Positions 1-11,208 of a DNA stretch of 64,000 nucleotides are shown piece by piece. Position numbers and translations under genes: made by a program. The stretch comes from Candidatus Daviesbacteria bacterium (GTDB lineage: Bacteria; Patescibacteriota; Microgenomatia; Daviesbacterales; UBA10151), in NCBI GenBank assembly GCA_016432425.1, contig CP066688.1, forward strand, positions 276,368 through 340,367. Direction: 5' to 3'. Within the stretch, counting starts at the first letter, position 1; the number at the start of each line of letters is the position of its first letter. Under the pieces are notes generated by a model. The model saw only the letters and a program-made list of their open reading frames with translations. It did not search any database and had not been told where the DNA came from.

Positions 1-1968
1 CAACGCATTAATAATTGTGTAATTACCTCTTTTTTCTGATCCTAAAATCTGGGCCCTTTTAGAAGATAAATCTCCAATAATATCCCCCATAAACTCATCC
101 GGAGTGGTAACTTCCACCTTCATGATAGGCTCCAGCAGGATCATGTCTGCTTTTTTGGCCGCTTCTGAAAGCCCCAACGATCCGGCAATTTTAAAAGCAA
201 TCTCGGATGAGTCCACCTCATGATAAGAACCGTCATAAACTACTACCCTAATATCAGTTAGTGGATACCCTGCCAAAATCCCCGTATCTTCTTTTTCAAT
301 CACTCCTTTTTCAATAGGTGGAATAAACTCCCGGGGAATGGCCCCTCCCACAATCTCGGAAGCAAACTCTCTCCCAGTTCCACGGGCCAGTGGTTCAATC
401 CTTAGGAAACAATGCCCATATTGACCGCGTCCACCGGTTTGACGAATATACTTACCTTCACCTTGGGCCTCTTTAGTAATAGTTTCTTTATAAGCTACTT
501 GAGGTTGTCCCACATTGGCTTCCACTTTAAATTCCCGTCTCATCCGATCCACCAAAACTTCCAGCTGCAGCTCTCCCATGCCGGAAATAATAGTCTGATT
601 TGTTTCAGCATCTACTTTGACCCGGAAAGTCGGATCTTCTTCCGCTAAACGGTTTAGAGCCAAACCTAATTTTTCCTGATCGGATTTGGTTTTTGGCTCA
701 ATAGCTAAAGAGATCACCGGATCAGGGAAAGAAATATTTTCCAGCACCAAAGGCTTACTCTCCTCAGCCAGGGTATCTCCGGTAATAGTATCTTTAAGTC
801 CCACTGCCGCCACAATCTCCCCGGCAAAAGCTTCATCAATTTCTTCCCTGTCGTTAGCATGCATCAGCAACAGGCGGCCAATCCGTTCACTAACCTGTTT
901 AGTGGCATTGTAAACATAAGAACCGGATTTTAAAGTTCCGGAATAGACCCGAATATAAGTTAATTTTCCCACATGGGGATCAACTTGAATTTTAAAAGCC
1001 AAAGCAGCCAGGGGCTCTTTGGGATCAGATTTTCGCAGTTCCTCTTCACCAGCCGGGTTTATCCCTTTGACTGAAGCAATATCCTGGGGAGAAGGTAAAT
1101 ATTCTACAATAGCATCCAAAACCGGTTGTACCCCCTTGTTACGAAGAGACGAGCCAGTAAACACCGGTACAATTTTGTTGGCAATCACTGCTTTGCGCAA
1201 AGCTTTTTTCAAATCATTAACTTCTAATTCCTCTCCCCCCAAATACTTTTCCATCAACTCATCATCATTCCCGGCAATTTCTTCTACTAATTTTTCTCGG
1301 GCAGCCTCTACTGCTGATGACATCTCCACTGGAATTTCAACTTCGGTAAAATTTACCCCATCACCTTCCCACTTAAAGGCTTTTCTGGTCAGTAAATCCA
1401 CTACCCCCACAAAATCATTTTCCCGGCCAATGGGTAAATTGTAAGCAACTGCATTAGCTCCCAACCGATCCCGGGCAGATTTGATAGTGGCCATATAGTC
1501 TGCTCCCACCACATCCATTTTGTTGGCAAAAGCCAAAAGTGGGACGCTGTATTTGTTGGCCTGGCGCCAGACAGTTTCAGTTTGGGATTGCACGCCGGAT
1601 GAAGCATCCAACACAATCACTGCTCCGTCCAGCACCCGCAAGGATCGTTCCACCTCGGCAGTAAAATCTACGTGCCCCGGGGTATCAATTAAATTAAGTC
1701 TGGTTTCTTGATTTTCAAATGGCCCGGATTTAGGGGTCCAAAAAGTGGTAACGGCGGCAGAGACGATGGTGATGCCCCGCTCGCGTTCTTGTTCCATCCA
1801 ATCAGTGACGGTGGTGCCTTCATCAATATCACCGATTTTATAAGTCCGCCCGGTGTAGAATAAAATCCGCTCAGTGGTAGTAGTTTTACCAGCATCAATG
1901 TGGGCAATAATACCAATATTTCTGATTCTATCTAAGGGAAAATCCCGTTTAGTTTTTAAATTAGCCAT
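1..1968 (-). CDS. fusA: Elongation factor G, 3' end cut by the window edge (about 656 aa present)
   Basis: The minus-strand frame opens with ATG at 1968..1966 and translates to [36 protein letters not shown]...NLIDTPGH (GTPase G1-G3 motifs). It stays open to position 1. It is absent from the ORF track because there is no stop inside the window. Confidence 0.9.
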   Translation of the reverse strand, partial: MANLKTKRDFPLDRIRNIGIIAHIDAGKTTTTERILFYTGRTYKIGDIDEGTTVTDWMEQERERGITIVSAAVTTFWTPKSGPFENQETRLNLIDTPGHVDFTAEVERSLRVLDGAVIVLDASSGVQSQTETVWRQANKYSVPLLAFANKMDVVGADYMATIKSARDRLGANAVAYNLPIGRENDFVGVVDLLTRKAFKWEGDGVNFTEVEIPVEMSSAVEAAREKLVEEIAGNDDELMEKYLGGEELEVNDLKKALRKAVIANKIVPVFTGSSLRNKGVQPVLDAIVEYLPSPQDIASVKGINPAGEEELRKSDPKEPLAALAFKIQVDPHVGKLTYIRVYSGTLKSGSYVYNATKQVSERIGRLLLMHANDREEIDEAFAGEIVAAVGLKDTITGDTLAEESKPLVLENISFPDPVISLAIEPKTKSDQEKLGLALNRLAEEDPTFRVKVDAETNQTIISGMGELQLEVLVDRMRREFKVEANVGQPQVAYKETITKEAQGEGKYIRQTGGRGQYGHCFLRIEPLARGTGREFASEIVGGAIPREFIPPIEKGVIEKEDTGILAGYPLTDIRVVVYDGSYHEVDSSEIAFKIAGSLGLSEAAKKADMILLEPIMKVEVTTPDEFMGDIIGDLSSKRAQILGSEKRGNYTIINAL

Positions 1969-2185
1969 TTTGTTCCAATTCCTTAATCATTTTTTGAATA
2001 TTATTTAAACGGGCAGATAGCAAATCTGCTTGTTCCGCTGCATCTTGATATTTAGCATTTTCCCGCAAATCCCCTTCTTGAGCTGCTTCGCCTTTTTTAA
2101 CCATGGCAAGAGAAAGCTGCTCTTCTAGCTCAGCCTGCTGTTTTTTCCATAATTTCAGTTTTTCTTGTTTAACGTTTTTATTCAT
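1961..2185 (-). CDS. GreA-like transcript-cleavage factor, N-terminal coiled-coil domain only (74 aa)
   Basis: [32 protein letters not shown] matches the GreA/GreB N-terminal finger (GDLSENAEYHAAKEQQ...RIAELE), including the tip acidic D/E. No FKBP-like C-terminal domain is present. SD AAGGA 7 nt upstream; 8-nt overlap with the fusA start. Confidence 0.55.
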   Translation of the reverse strand: MNKNVKQEKLKLWKKQQAELEEQLSLAMVKKGEAAQEGDLRENAKYQDAAEQADLLSARLNNIQKMIKELEQNG

Positions 2186-2280
2186 ACAATTTTCCTTTTT
2201 TTTCTTAACGTAAGAAACTACTTCGCGCTTCCCTTGAACTTAATTCAGGGTCGCGCTCGCAGAACCTTGCCTTTTTGACT

Positions 2281-2343
2281 AACGTCAAAAACGTAAAAAA
2301 GCCTCCTCAAATTGCGGAGGCTAAGCAAATATTAGCTTTTTTG
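2281..2343 (-). terminator. Back-to-back rho-independent terminator hairpins between rpsG and the greA-like/fusA unit
   Basis: AGCCTCC-9nt-GGAGGCT (2300-2322) is followed on the minus strand by TTTTTACGTTTTTG. A second hairpin GCTAA-7nt-TTAGC (2320-2336) is followed on the plus strand by TTTTTT. Confidence 0.5.
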
Positions 2344-2401
2344 AACCTAAAAGTCAAACGGAATTTTCTCTACCATCTGAAGTGGGCAAAGGCGCGGTTG
2401 G

Positions 2402-2425
2402 CCCTTCGACTTCGCTCAGGACTTC
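2402..2425. repeat. Short dispersed repeat copy (CCTTCGAC-TTC-GCTCAGGAC), intergenic
   Basis: Shares the cores CCTTCGAC and GCTCAGGA with copies at 42915, 47158 and, in reverse orientation, 37604, 39119 and 41584. Confidence 0.45.
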
Positions 2426-2432
2426 ATAGAGC

Positions 2433-2909
2433 TTACCAACGAAAATGTGCAAATGCTCTATTGGCTGCTGCCACTTTTTGCATATCTTCTTTTTTCTTGA
2501 AAGCTCCACCTGTCTCTTTGGCGCCGTCCATAATTTCGGCTGCTAATTTTTGATCAAAGCTATGATACTCTTTATTGGATCTGTCGCGGGAAGCTAAAAT
2601 TAGCCAGCGAATAGCCAAAGTTTCTTTTCTGTCCCCCCGCACCTCCATTGGGACTTGATAGGAAGCTCCCCCCACTCTTCGGGGCCTTACTTCCATTTTG
2701 GGAGTAATGTTTTCAATGGCTTTTTCTAAAACTGACAGTGGCTCGGATTTTGTTTCTTCCTTTACTTGCTCCAAAGCTTTATAAACTAAACTCTGGGCAG
2801 TAGCTTTTTTCCCATCCATCATCACTCTGTTAATCAATTTTGCCACTAAAACAGAATGGTAAAGTGAATCTGGTTTAATTAATCTTTTAGTAGTTTTTCC
2901 TGATCTCAT
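2433..2909 (-). CDS. rpsG: 30S ribosomal protein S7
   Basis: 158 aa, MRSGKTTKRLIKPDSLYHSVLVAKLINRVMMDGKKATAQ..., full-length S7 similarity. Confidence 0.95.
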   Translation of the reverse strand: MRSGKTTKRLIKPDSLYHSVLVAKLINRVMMDGKKATAQSLVYKALEQVKEETKSEPLSVLEKAIENITPKMEVRPRRVGGASYQVPMEVRGDRKETLAIRWLILASRDRSNKEYHSFDQKLAAEIMDGAKETGGAFKKKEDMQKVAAANRAFAHFRW

Positions 2910-2914
2910 TTGTA

Positions 2915-3382
2915 TTATCCTTCTGAAGTTGGTGCTGGAGTAGCGGCCGGAGCAGCAGTTGGACGAGGAGTACTGGCGCCTCTTTTGGTACCATAGCGGC
3001 TGCGGCTAGTTTTTCGCCCTGATACTCCCTCCAGGTCATATTTCCCTCTGACTAAATGGTATTTTACTCCCGGCAAATCTTTCACCCTACCCCCTCTAAC
3101 CAAAACAATTCCATGTTCAGCCAGGTTGTGGCCAATCCCTTGAATATAAGCTGTCACCTCAGTCCTATTGGATAAACGCACTCTGGCTACTTTACGAAGA
3201 GCTGAATTGGGTTTTTTGGGAGTCATGGTTTTGACCAAAGTAACTACTCCCCGTTTTTGGGGGTTAAAATTAGTAACATAGCGGCGGTCTTTGGCATTAA
3301 AGCTGCGCCGCAGCGCAGTGGCCTTGACTTTGCGCATGACTTTTTTTCTGGGATGCCTAATTAGTTGATTAATAGTTGGCAT
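2915..3382 (-). CDS. rpsL: 30S ribosomal protein S12 with Pro/Ala-rich C-terminal extension
   Basis: [14 protein letters not shown]...[17 protein letters not shown] is a canonical S12 core. It carries an extra ~30-aa tail, [18 protein letters not shown]. The start ATG overlaps the rpoC stop (TAATG). Confidence 0.95.
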   Translation of the reverse strand: MPTINQLIRHPRKKVMRKVKATALRRSFNAKDRRYVTNFNPQKRGVVTLVKTMTPKKPNSALRKVARVRLSNRTEVTAYIQGIGHNLAEHGIVLVRGGRVKDLPGVKYHLVRGKYDLEGVSGRKTSRSRYGTKRGASTPRPTAAPAATPAPTSEG

Positions 3383-6300
3383 TAGCTTTCCACCTTTGCT
3401 CTTTCAATGCTGGTAGGAATGAGCCGGCCAATTATAACATTTTCCTTGAGTCCCAGCAATTTATCGACCTTGCCGGCAATAGCTGCATCAGAAAGAACGG
3501 AAGTTGTTTCCTGGAAACTGGCAGCCGACAAAACACTTTCTGTTTGCAAGCTGGCCCGGGTGATACCCAAAATAATCACCTCTCCTGTAGCCGGCTCACC
3601 GCCACCTGCCAAGATACGGTTGTTTTCTTCTTCAAAACGAATCCTATCCACCACTTCACCAGGTAATAGATTGGTATCCCCCTGGGTTTCAATTCTGACT
3701 TTATCCGACATTTTTCTGACAATCACTTCAAAATGTTTCTCATGAATTGGCACCCCCTGTGATTCATAAACTTTTCTGACCTCTTCAATAATATACTCTT
3801 GAGCTTCCTTCAAACCTTTAACCCGCAAAACTTCTTTGACATCTAAGTGTCCGGAAGAAAGTGGAGTACCAGCCCCAATCAACTGACCGTCTTCCACCAA
3901 AAGAGTGGCTGTCACCGGAATAACATATTCCCGCTCATCTGCGGGTTTTTGAGTGGTTTTGACCCGGACTTTAATACCCTGGTCAGTTTCCGACACAGAA
4001 ACTTTACCGGCAATTTCCGAAATAGAAGCAATCACTTTAGGGGTCCTGGCTTCAAATAACTCCTCCACTCTAGGCAAACCTTGAGTAATATCTAGCCCCA
4101 AAATTCCCCCGCTGTGGAAAGTCCTCATGGTCAGCTGTGTTCCCGGCTCACCAATAGCTTGAGCTGCCACAATTCCCACTGGCTGACCTACTTCGACTGG
4201 TTTATTGGTGGTTAAACTAAATCCATAACAAGCAGCACACAAACCATATTTAGATTCACAGGTTAGGGGGGAGCGCACTAAAATTTTCTCTACTCCAGCT
4301 TCAACCAACTGTTTAATAGCACTTTCAGTTAAATATTGGTTTTCTTTGACAATCACCTTACGGCTCTTATCAGTGACATTTTTCAAAGTTTTTCTACCTA
4401 AAAATCTCACCCGGGCATTACCAAAATTGTCCGGCACCGAGAGTTCTAAGCCAGCTTGCGTTCCACAATCCTCGGAGCGAATAATCATGTCATGGGCCAC
4501 ATCAACCAAACGACGGGTTAGATATCCGGCATCAGCAGTTTTTAGGGCCTTGTCCGCCACTCCCTTACGAGCTCCCCGGGCACTGGTAAAATATTCAAAA
4601 ACTGACAAACCTTGGCGATAATTGGATTTAGTGGGCAACTCGACGATCCGTCCGGTTGGATCAACTGACAAACCCCGCATACCGGATAATTGTTTAATTT
4701 GTTCGGAACTGGCCCGGGCGGAACCGGAATCCGCAATCACCCGCACCGGATTATCAGCAGCCAAAGATGCCCAAGTAAGTTTATAAATATCTTCTGTCGC
4801 TTTAATCCAAACCTCTTGAGAAAGCATCTTGCGCTCATCGTTGGTAATTAAACCTTTCTTGAAGTTATCCTCAATCTCGGCCACTTTTTTGTCAGCTTCG
4901 GCAATCAGATCATCCTTTTCTTCAGAGATTTTATTATCAAAAATACCTACGGACACTCCGGCAATTTTTGCTCCCCAAAAACCTAAATCTTTGATGTTAT
5001 CAATCAAATCTACAATCTCCTCCCGGGAGAAACTATTAAAGGCCTCGGTGATTAACCTTTTAATGCCGGCCGCACTTACTGCCTCATTCACAAAACGGAG
5101 CTCCTCTGGCAAAATATTATTGAAAATAATCCGTCCGACAGTAGTTTCTATATTACCTTGTTCAGTCTTAATTTGGGCTAGCTGCCTTAAATTGAGCTTA
5201 TTAACTTGGAAAGCTAAAATGGCCTCCTCCGACAAATAAACCTTCTCTAATTTTTCTAATCTTTCGTCTGCTGAAGTAATGTAAAAGATTCCCAAAGCCA
5301 TTTCCCGGTTAGGCAAAGTCACCGGGGAGGCATCAGCCGGTTTTAAAATATTCTCTCTGGCCATCATCAACTCTCTGGCCTCTTCTTGAGCTTTGGCTGA
5401 CAGAGGCACATGAACCGCCATTTGGTCACCGTCAAAGTCGGCGTTGAAACCGGCACAGATACAAGGATGAATTTGGATGGCATTACCGTCTACCAAAACC
5501 GGATAAAAAGCCTGGATACCCAACCGATGCAGGGTCGGAGCCCGGTTAATCAAGATGGGATGTTCTTTAATAATCTCTTCTAAAATATCCCAAACTTCCG
5601 GAGGGCGAGAGTCCAAAGTATTTTTGGCTCCTTTGACATTAGAGGCCAAACCCTGGGCAATCATTTCCCGCAAAACAAAAGGTTTAAACATCTCCAAGGC
5701 CATCTCTTTGGGCAGCCCCACTTGATTAAGTTTTAATTTTGGCCCTACCACAATCACTGACCGGCCAGAATAATCAACCCTTTTACCGAGTAAGTTTTGG
5801 CGGAAACGTCCTTGTTTACCCCGCAGCATATCGGATAAAGATCGCAAAACATGGCCTATCACCCGGCGAGAATTTTTAGCAGATGAGTCTATCAAAGCAT
5901 CAACTGCTTCCTGTAGCATCCGTTTTTCATTGCGCAAAATAATCTCCGGCGCCCCCAAATTAATTAAACGGTGCAGACGATTATTGCGGTTAATTACTCT
6001 TCTGTAGAGATCATTTAAATCAGAAGTGGCAAAACGACCCCCTTGTAGTTGCACCATCGGCCGCAAATCCGGTGGCAATACCGGTAAAATTCGCAAGACT
6101 AACCACTCCGGCATAATTTGGGCTTGCCTCATACCTTCTACAATCCGCAGTCTTTTGGTAACCTTGATGTGCTTTTGGCCGGTGGATTTGCGAACTTCTT
6201 CCCTTAAAAATGAAGAAAGTTTATCTAAATCAATTTTCTTGAGGATTTCTAAAATGGCCTCTGCCCCCATTCCTACAGTGACAAAATCCGCCACTCCGTA

Positions 6301-7068
6301 TTCTTCTAATTTATAAAATTCATCCTCAGAAAGTAACCGCAGGGGAGTGACACTTTTAACCAAATCAGCCACTGCTTTATAAATACTTTCCAGCTGAGTT
6401 TGCTCTACTACTCCGCTGTCACGCAAGCGTTGGACTTCTTGGCGGTTTTTTAGCTCCAGTTCCTCTCTGGCCAGCTCCATCTTTTCTTTGCTTTCAGCTG
6501 ATTTAGTGTCTTTTTTGCCTTTGGAGAGTGTTTGTTTAAGAGAACTTTCCAACTCTTTGACTCCCTTATCCAAATTTTTCCTGGACTGGTCAATTTTGGC
6601 GGCCAGATCTTTTTCCAATCTTTCCAGACTCGCTTGCTTTTTAGCAGAATCTACCTCAATGGTAATAAAAGAGGCAAAATAAATTATCGCTTCCAAATTT
6701 TTGGGGGAAATATCTAAAATTAAAGATATCTTGGAAGGTGCACCTCTCACAAACCAAGTATGAGCTACCGGAGCAGCCAAAGTAATGTGGCCCATCCGCT
6801 CCCGACGCACTTTACTTTGGGTCACTTCTACTCCGCATTTATCACAGATCACTCCCCGATAGCGAATTCTTTTGTATTTACCACAATAACATTCATAATC
6901 TTTGGTGGGGCCAAAGATATTTTCCGAAAAAAGTCCGTCTTTTTCCGCTTTAAGTGTCCGGTAGTTGATAGTTTCCGGTTTAGTGACTTCCCCAAAAGAC
7001 CAGCTGCGGATTTGCTCCGGGCTCGCCACGGTAATTTTTAAAGCTTCAAAATCCAATAAATCGTTCAT
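3382..7068 (-). CDS. rpoC: DNA-directed RNA polymerase subunit beta'
   Basis: 1228 aa with Zn-finger [23 protein letters not shown], the [16 protein letters not shown] catalytic loop, and a C-terminal trigger-loop region. Confidence 0.97.
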   Translation of the reverse strand: MNDLLDFEALKITVASPEQIRSWSFGEVTKPETINYRTLKAEKDGLFSENIFGPTKDYECYCGKYKRIRYRGVICDKCGVEVTQSKVRRERMGHITLAAPVAHTWFVRGAPSKISLILDISPKNLEAIIYFASFITIEVDSAKKQASLERLEKDLAAKIDQSRKNLDKGVKELESSLKQTLSKGKKDTKSAESKEKMELAREELELKNRQEVQRLRDSGVVEQTQLESIYKAVADLVKSVTPLRLLSEDEFYKLEEYGVADFVTVGMGAEAILEILKKIDLDKLSSFLREEVRKSTGQKHIKVTKRLRIVEGMRQAQIMPEWLVLRILPVLPPDLRPMVQLQGGRFATSDLNDLYRRVINRNNRLHRLINLGAPEIILRNEKRMLQEAVDALIDSSAKNSRRVIGHVLRSLSDMLRGKQGRFRQNLLGKRVDYSGRSVIVVGPKLKLNQVGLPKEMALEMFKPFVLREMIAQGLASNVKGAKNTLDSRPPEVWDILEEIIKEHPILINRAPTLHRLGIQAFYPVLVDGNAIQIHPCICAGFNADFDGDQMAVHVPLSAKAQEEARELMMARENILKPADASPVTLPNREMALGIFYITSADERLEKLEKVYLSEEAILAFQVNKLNLRQLAQIKTEQGNIETTVGRIIFNNILPEELRFVNEAVSAAGIKRLITEAFNSFSREEIVDLIDNIKDLGFWGAKIAGVSVGIFDNKISEEKDDLIAEADKKVAEIEDNFKKGLITNDERKMLSQEVWIKATEDIYKLTWASLAADNPVRVIADSGSARASSEQIKQLSGMRGLSVDPTGRIVELPTKSNYRQGLSVFEYFTSARGARKGVADKALKTADAGYLTRRLVDVAHDMIIRSEDCGTQAGLELSVPDNFGNARVRFLGRKTLKNVTDKSRKVIVKENQYLTESAIKQLVEAGVEKILVRSPLTCESKYGLCAACYGFSLTTNKPVEVGQPVGIVAAQAIGEPGTQLTMRTFHSGGILGLDITQGLPRVEELFEARTPKVIASISEIAGKVSVSETDQGIKVRVKTTQKPADEREYVIPVTATLLVEDGQLIGAGTPLSSGHLDVKEVLRVKGLKEAQEYIIEEVRKVYESQGVPIHEKHFEVIVRKMSDKVRIETQGDTNLLPGEVVDRIRFEEENNRILAGGGEPATGEVIILGITRASLQTESVLSAASFQETTSVLSDAAIAGKVDKLLGLKENVIIGRLIPTSIERAKVES

Positions 7069-10000
7069 TATTCCCCTTCCTCTTCTTTCTGTTTCATTTC
7101 AGCTACAGACTCTATCTCAAAATCTTCTGATTTTTCTACTTCTGATAAATCCCCACCGCTACCTACTTCCAAAACTTGTTGCATCTGGGCTACTTCTTGT
7201 TTTACTTTCGCAGTCTCTTCTACTTCCACAGCAGAAACTATTTTGGCCCCTAAAGTTTCCACATTCAAGCTCAAAGCCTGCAATTCTTTCACTAATACTT
7301 TAAACGACTCCGGAATCAAGGCTTGGGGGATGTCAGTTCCTTTCACGATCGCCTCAAAAGCTTTGGCCCGCCCGACTACATCATCTGATTTAATGGTTAA
7401 CATCTCTTGTAAAATATGCGCTGCACCGTATGCTTCCAGCGCCCAAACTTCCATCTCTCCTAAACGCTGCCCTCCCATTTGGGCTTTTCCACCCAAAGGT
7501 TGTTGGGTAACCAGCGAATATGGCCCAGTGGAACGGGCATGCATTTTATCTTCCACCATGTGGATCAGTTTTAAAATGTAGGAACGGCCCACTACAATGG
7601 GCTGGTCAAATTTTTCACCGGTTCGGCCGTCAATTAAAACTGATTTACCTTCTGCCGGGAGCCCAGCTTTTTTCATTTCGGCAGTCAAGGCCTCTTCCGG
7701 AATTTTCTCAAATACCGGAGCGGCGATTTTGTATCCCAAACGATGGGAAGCCAAACCCCAATGAGTCTCTAACAGTTGTCCCAAATTCATCCGGGACAAT
7801 ACCGACAAAGGAGAAATAATAATATCTACCGCCTCCCCATTTTCCAAATGAGGCATATCCGCTTCCGGCACAATTTTAGAAATGACTCCTTTGTTGCCGT
7901 GACGACCGGCTAACTTATCTCCCTCGGTCACTTTTCGTAGCTGAGCCACTTTGACTTTAATCCGTTTAATTGTCCCAGTGTCGAGTTCGTCGCCCTCTTC
8001 CCGGGAGAGAATTTGCACTCCAATCACGGTTCCCCTCTCTCCATGAGGCATGCGCAGCGAAGTATCCCTCACTTCCTTGGCTTTTTCCCCGAAGATGGCC
8101 CGCAGCAACCTTTCTTCCGCAGTCAGTTCGGTTTCCCCTTTTGGTTGAACTTTACCCACCAAAATATCATTGGGTCCCACTTCTGCTCCGATCCTGACAA
8201 TACCCTCCTCATCCAAGTTTTTTAGTGATTCCTCAGACACATTGGGAATATCCGGAGTTAACTCTTCCGGACCCAGTTTAGTCTCCACTACGTCAACTTC
8301 ATATTCCTCAATATGAATAGAGGTTAGTAAATCTTGTTTGACTAATTTATCAGAAATGACGATCGCATCCTCATAACCCAAACCATCAAAGCTCATATAA
8401 GCAATGGTCAGGTTTTGTCCCAGGGCCAACTCCCCATTTTGGGTAGCTGCTCCATCAATCAGTAAATCTCCTTTTTTGACTTTTTGGCCGACTTTGACAG
8501 CGGGATGTTGAGAGTAACAGGTTCCTTGAGTAGAATGGACAAATTTTTGGATTTGATATTTATACTCCTCTTGGCGTGAATTTAGCGTCAACCTTTGACC
8601 ATCCACATAAGTCACAGTCCCATCAGCCGGGGCTCTGACCACCCGGCCCATGTTATTTCCCACCACTTTTTCCATCCCCGTCCCCACTACCGGAGCAGAA
8701 GGCAACAGCAGCGGTACTGCCTGACATTGCATTTGAGTGCCCATTAAAGCCCGGTTGGCATCATCATGGGCCAAAAAGGGGATCAGTGAAGCTGACACTC
8801 CAAAAATTTGTTGGGGAGAAACATCCATAAAATTGACATTTTTAGCTTCAGTTTCAAAAAAGTTTCCCTGCTGCCTGACCGCTACCCGTTTTCCCATAAT
8901 ATAACCTTTCGGATCAGTTAAAGTGGTAGCTTCGGTAATTACATAATCCTCCTCATCATCAGCAGTCAGATAGACAATCTCCTCAGTTACCCGCGGCTTA
9001 CCTTTGTCTAAAATGATTTTGCGGTAGGGAGTTTGCAAAAATCCATATTCATCAATCTTGGCATAAAGGGCTAAATAAGTGACCAAACCAATATTTTGTC
9101 CCTCAGGGGAACGGACCGGATCAATCCGGCCGTATTGGGAATGGTTAATATCACGGACGGAAAAGGAAGCTCGGTCACGGGTGATACCACCCACTCCCAT
9201 GACTGACAATCTTCTTAAATGATCCACCTCGGAAAGAGGATTAACTTGGTCTAAAATAGAGGACAGCTGGGAAGTTCGGAAAAATTCATTAATGGCGGCA
9301 ATTACCGGTTTGGCATTAATTAACCCACCGGGGGTGGGTTCAATGTCAGGAGCAATTAAACTCATTCTCTCTTTAATAATCCTCTCCAGGCGTAGCACTC
9401 CAATTCGAAAAGCATTTTGCTGGACTAACTCCCCGGCACAACGGACCCGGCGGTTAGCCAGATGGTCAATATCATCCAGCTTTCCCTCACCTTTAGTTAA
9501 ATTGATTAAATATTTCAAAGTTTCAATGATATCTTGTTTAGTTAAAATTAAGTTTTCCTCACTGTTAGCAATATCCAAACCCAATCTTTTGTTAATTTTG
9601 AAACGGCCCACTTTGGTTAAGTTGTATCGGCGGAAGCTAAAAAACATACTTTCCAAAAGACTGCGGGCGTTCTCTAACACAATTGGGTCACCCGGGCGCA
9701 TTTTGCGGAAGATTTCTGTTAAAGCCTCCTCGGTGCTGGTGGTTTGGTCCTTAGCTAAAGTTAGCTCAACAACTTTTTCTTCCCCCGTATTCACATCTTT
9801 AAATAATTCCACAATTTCTTCGGAGGAAGAAAAACCCATGGCCCGCAGCAAGGTAGTGGCGGCAAATTTGCGTCGGCGGTCAATTTTGGCAGTAATAACC
9901 CCGGTCCGGGAAACAGAAAACTCCAGCCAAGAACCCCGGTATGGCCTAATCTCAGCTTGATACAATCTTTTACCGGAAATGGGATCATCAGTGGCAGAGA

Positions 10001-10433
10001 AAAAAACTCCGGGAGAACGGACTAGCTGGTTGATAATAACCCGCTCAACTCCGTTAATAATAAAAGTCCCTTTCTCTGTCATTTGAGGGATGTCACCCAA
10101 AAAGACTTCCTGTTTGTAGACTTTGCCTGTTTGTTTGTTGGTTAATTTAGTTTCCAGTTTAAGTGGGGCATCATAGGTGACTCCTTTTTCTTTAGCCTGG
10201 TCAGGAGTGTATTTTGGTTTACTAAAAGAAGATTGCCCAAATTCTAAAACCCAGTTTTTGCCGGTAAAATCTTCAATGGGGGAAATTTCTGCTAAAATTT
10301 GTTTAATACCTTGATCTAAAAACCATTTATAAGAGTCGAGTTGGAGTTGGATTAAATTAAGTTGCTCTAAAGGAGTTTGAGTTTTTCCCCAGTTTTTTCT
10401 ATTATCAGTGTTTTGTGCTACCTGTGTTTGCAT
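7068..10433 (-). CDS. rpoB: DNA-directed RNA polymerase subunit beta
   Basis: 1121 aa. Conserved rpoB blocks include ...GRHGNKGVISKI... and ...LGEMEVWALEAYGAA.... Its stop overlaps the rpoC start by 1 nt. Confidence 0.97.
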   Translation of the reverse strand: MQTQVAQNTDNRKNWGKTQTPLEQLNLIQLQLDSYKWFLDQGIKQILAEISPIEDFTGKNWVLEFGQSSFSKPKYTPDQAKEKGVTYDAPLKLETKLTNKQTGKVYKQEVFLGDIPQMTEKGTFIINGVERVIINQLVRSPGVFFSATDDPISGKRLYQAEIRPYRGSWLEFSVSRTGVITAKIDRRRKFAATTLLRAMGFSSSEEIVELFKDVNTGEEKVVELTLAKDQTTSTEEALTEIFRKMRPGDPIVLENARSLLESMFFSFRRYNLTKVGRFKINKRLGLDIANSEENLILTKQDIIETLKYLINLTKGEGKLDDIDHLANRRVRCAGELVQQNAFRIGVLRLERIIKERMSLIAPDIEPTPGGLINAKPVIAAINEFFRTSQLSSILDQVNPLSEVDHLRRLSVMGVGGITRDRASFSVRDINHSQYGRIDPVRSPEGQNIGLVTYLALYAKIDEYGFLQTPYRKIILDKGKPRVTEEIVYLTADDEEDYVITEATTLTDPKGYIMGKRVAVRQQGNFFETEAKNVNFMDVSPQQIFGVSASLIPFLAHDDANRALMGTQMQCQAVPLLLPSAPVVGTGMEKVVGNNMGRVVRAPADGTVTYVDGQRLTLNSRQEEYKYQIQKFVHSTQGTCYSQHPAVKVGQKVKKGDLLIDGAATQNGELALGQNLTIAYMSFDGLGYEDAIVISDKLVKQDLLTSIHIEEYEVDVVETKLGPEELTPDIPNVSEESLKNLDEEGIVRIGAEVGPNDILVGKVQPKGETELTAEERLLRAIFGEKAKEVRDTSLRMPHGERGTVIGVQILSREEGDELDTGTIKRIKVKVAQLRKVTEGDKLAGRHGNKGVISKIVPEADMPHLENGEAVDIIISPLSVLSRMNLGQLLETHWGLASHRLGYKIAAPVFEKIPEEALTAEMKKAGLPAEGKSVLIDGRTGEKFDQPIVVGRSYILKLIHMVEDKMHARSTGPYSLVTQQPLGGKAQMGGQRLGEMEVWALEAYGAAHILQEMLTIKSDDVVGRAKAFEAIVKGTDIPQALIPESFKVLVKELQALSLNVETLGAKIVSAVEVEETAKVKQEVAQMQQVLEVGSGGDLSEVEKSEDFEIESVAEMKQKEEEGE

Positions 10434-10594
10434 CAGTAAATAGCCTCTGGCAGTTTTCTCTAGGTTATGTTAGTTAATACCACAAAAAGAAGCATACCAG
10501 CTGTACGCCTCCAATATTTGTTATTAAACTAAAGGTAGGATATCAAAAATAAACAAGTATGTCAACCCCAATTTAATCGGGGTCAACCCTTAAG

Positions 10595-11155
10595 TTAGAA
10601 TAAATTTAATAGTGCGTCTGGTTGTTCTTGAGGCATGTTATTAAAGTGGCCTTTGTGGTGTTCAATAAAAACTTGAGCTCCTAATTTTTCCTCAAAAAGT
10701 TTTTTATTCTCCTCAAGGGGCACAAAAGGATCATTATCAGAAAAAATCGCTGTAAAAGAATTAGCATGAGTTTTAATTTTGTCTAAATCAAGCGGGGTAT
10801 TGATCCAAGGTTTAGCAATCTGCCACTCTTGCTCTGTTAATCCTTTTAGAAAAGGACCGAATCCAGCCACCAAAATAATTTTATCTACCTTCTTGCCTTC
10901 TGGTAAAGATTCCAGAAAACGCAAGATAGTCTGGCATCCCATGCTATGGCCAATCAAAATATCGTTTTCATTCACTTTACCAATTATCCGGGAAAGATAT
11001 GGCACCCAATTTTCAATTTTAGGGTTGTCTGAATCCGGCAAATCAGGAACCAAAACTTCATATCCCCTCGTTTCAAGTTCTGCCTTTGCCCAGGGTAACC
11101 AATCTTTTTGAAAGCTACCACTCCATCCATGTACAATAATGCCTCTTTTTGCCAT
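10595..11155 (-). CDS. Alpha/beta-fold serine hydrolase (RBBP9/YdeN-like)
   Basis: 186 aa with a GHSMG nucleophile elbow and downstream Asp/His. Sequence is IVHGWSGS...LIGHSMGCQTILRFL. Confidence 0.7.
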   Translation of the reverse strand: MAKRGIIVHGWSGSFQKDWLPWAKAELETRGYEVLVPDLPDSDNPKIENWVPYLSRIIGKVNENDILIGHSMGCQTILRFLESLPEGKKVDKIILVAGFGPFLKGLTEQEWQIAKPWINTPLDLDKIKTHANSFTAIFSDNDPFVPLEENKKLFEEKLGAQVFIEHHKGHFNNMPQEQPDALLNLF

Positions 11156-11208
11156 CCCCTTGGTTATACCATGTTACAGATTATTTTCCAAATCTATTTC
11201 TTGGTAAA

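Noticed and set aside
412-1711. Plus-strand ORFs within the first 2 kb (412..648, 686..913, 1019..1444, 1520..1711)
   Set aside because: Antisense to fusA, which is open across the window edge and so absent from the ORF track.
3376-10000. Many plus-strand ORFs of 60-220 aa inside rpoC/rpoB (e.g. 3376..3666, 3407..3745, 4829..5239, 6965..7303, 9292..9960)
   Set aside because: They are antisense to long, well-supported conserved genes. They have low-complexity translations, no starts with SD, and are typical shadow ORFs.
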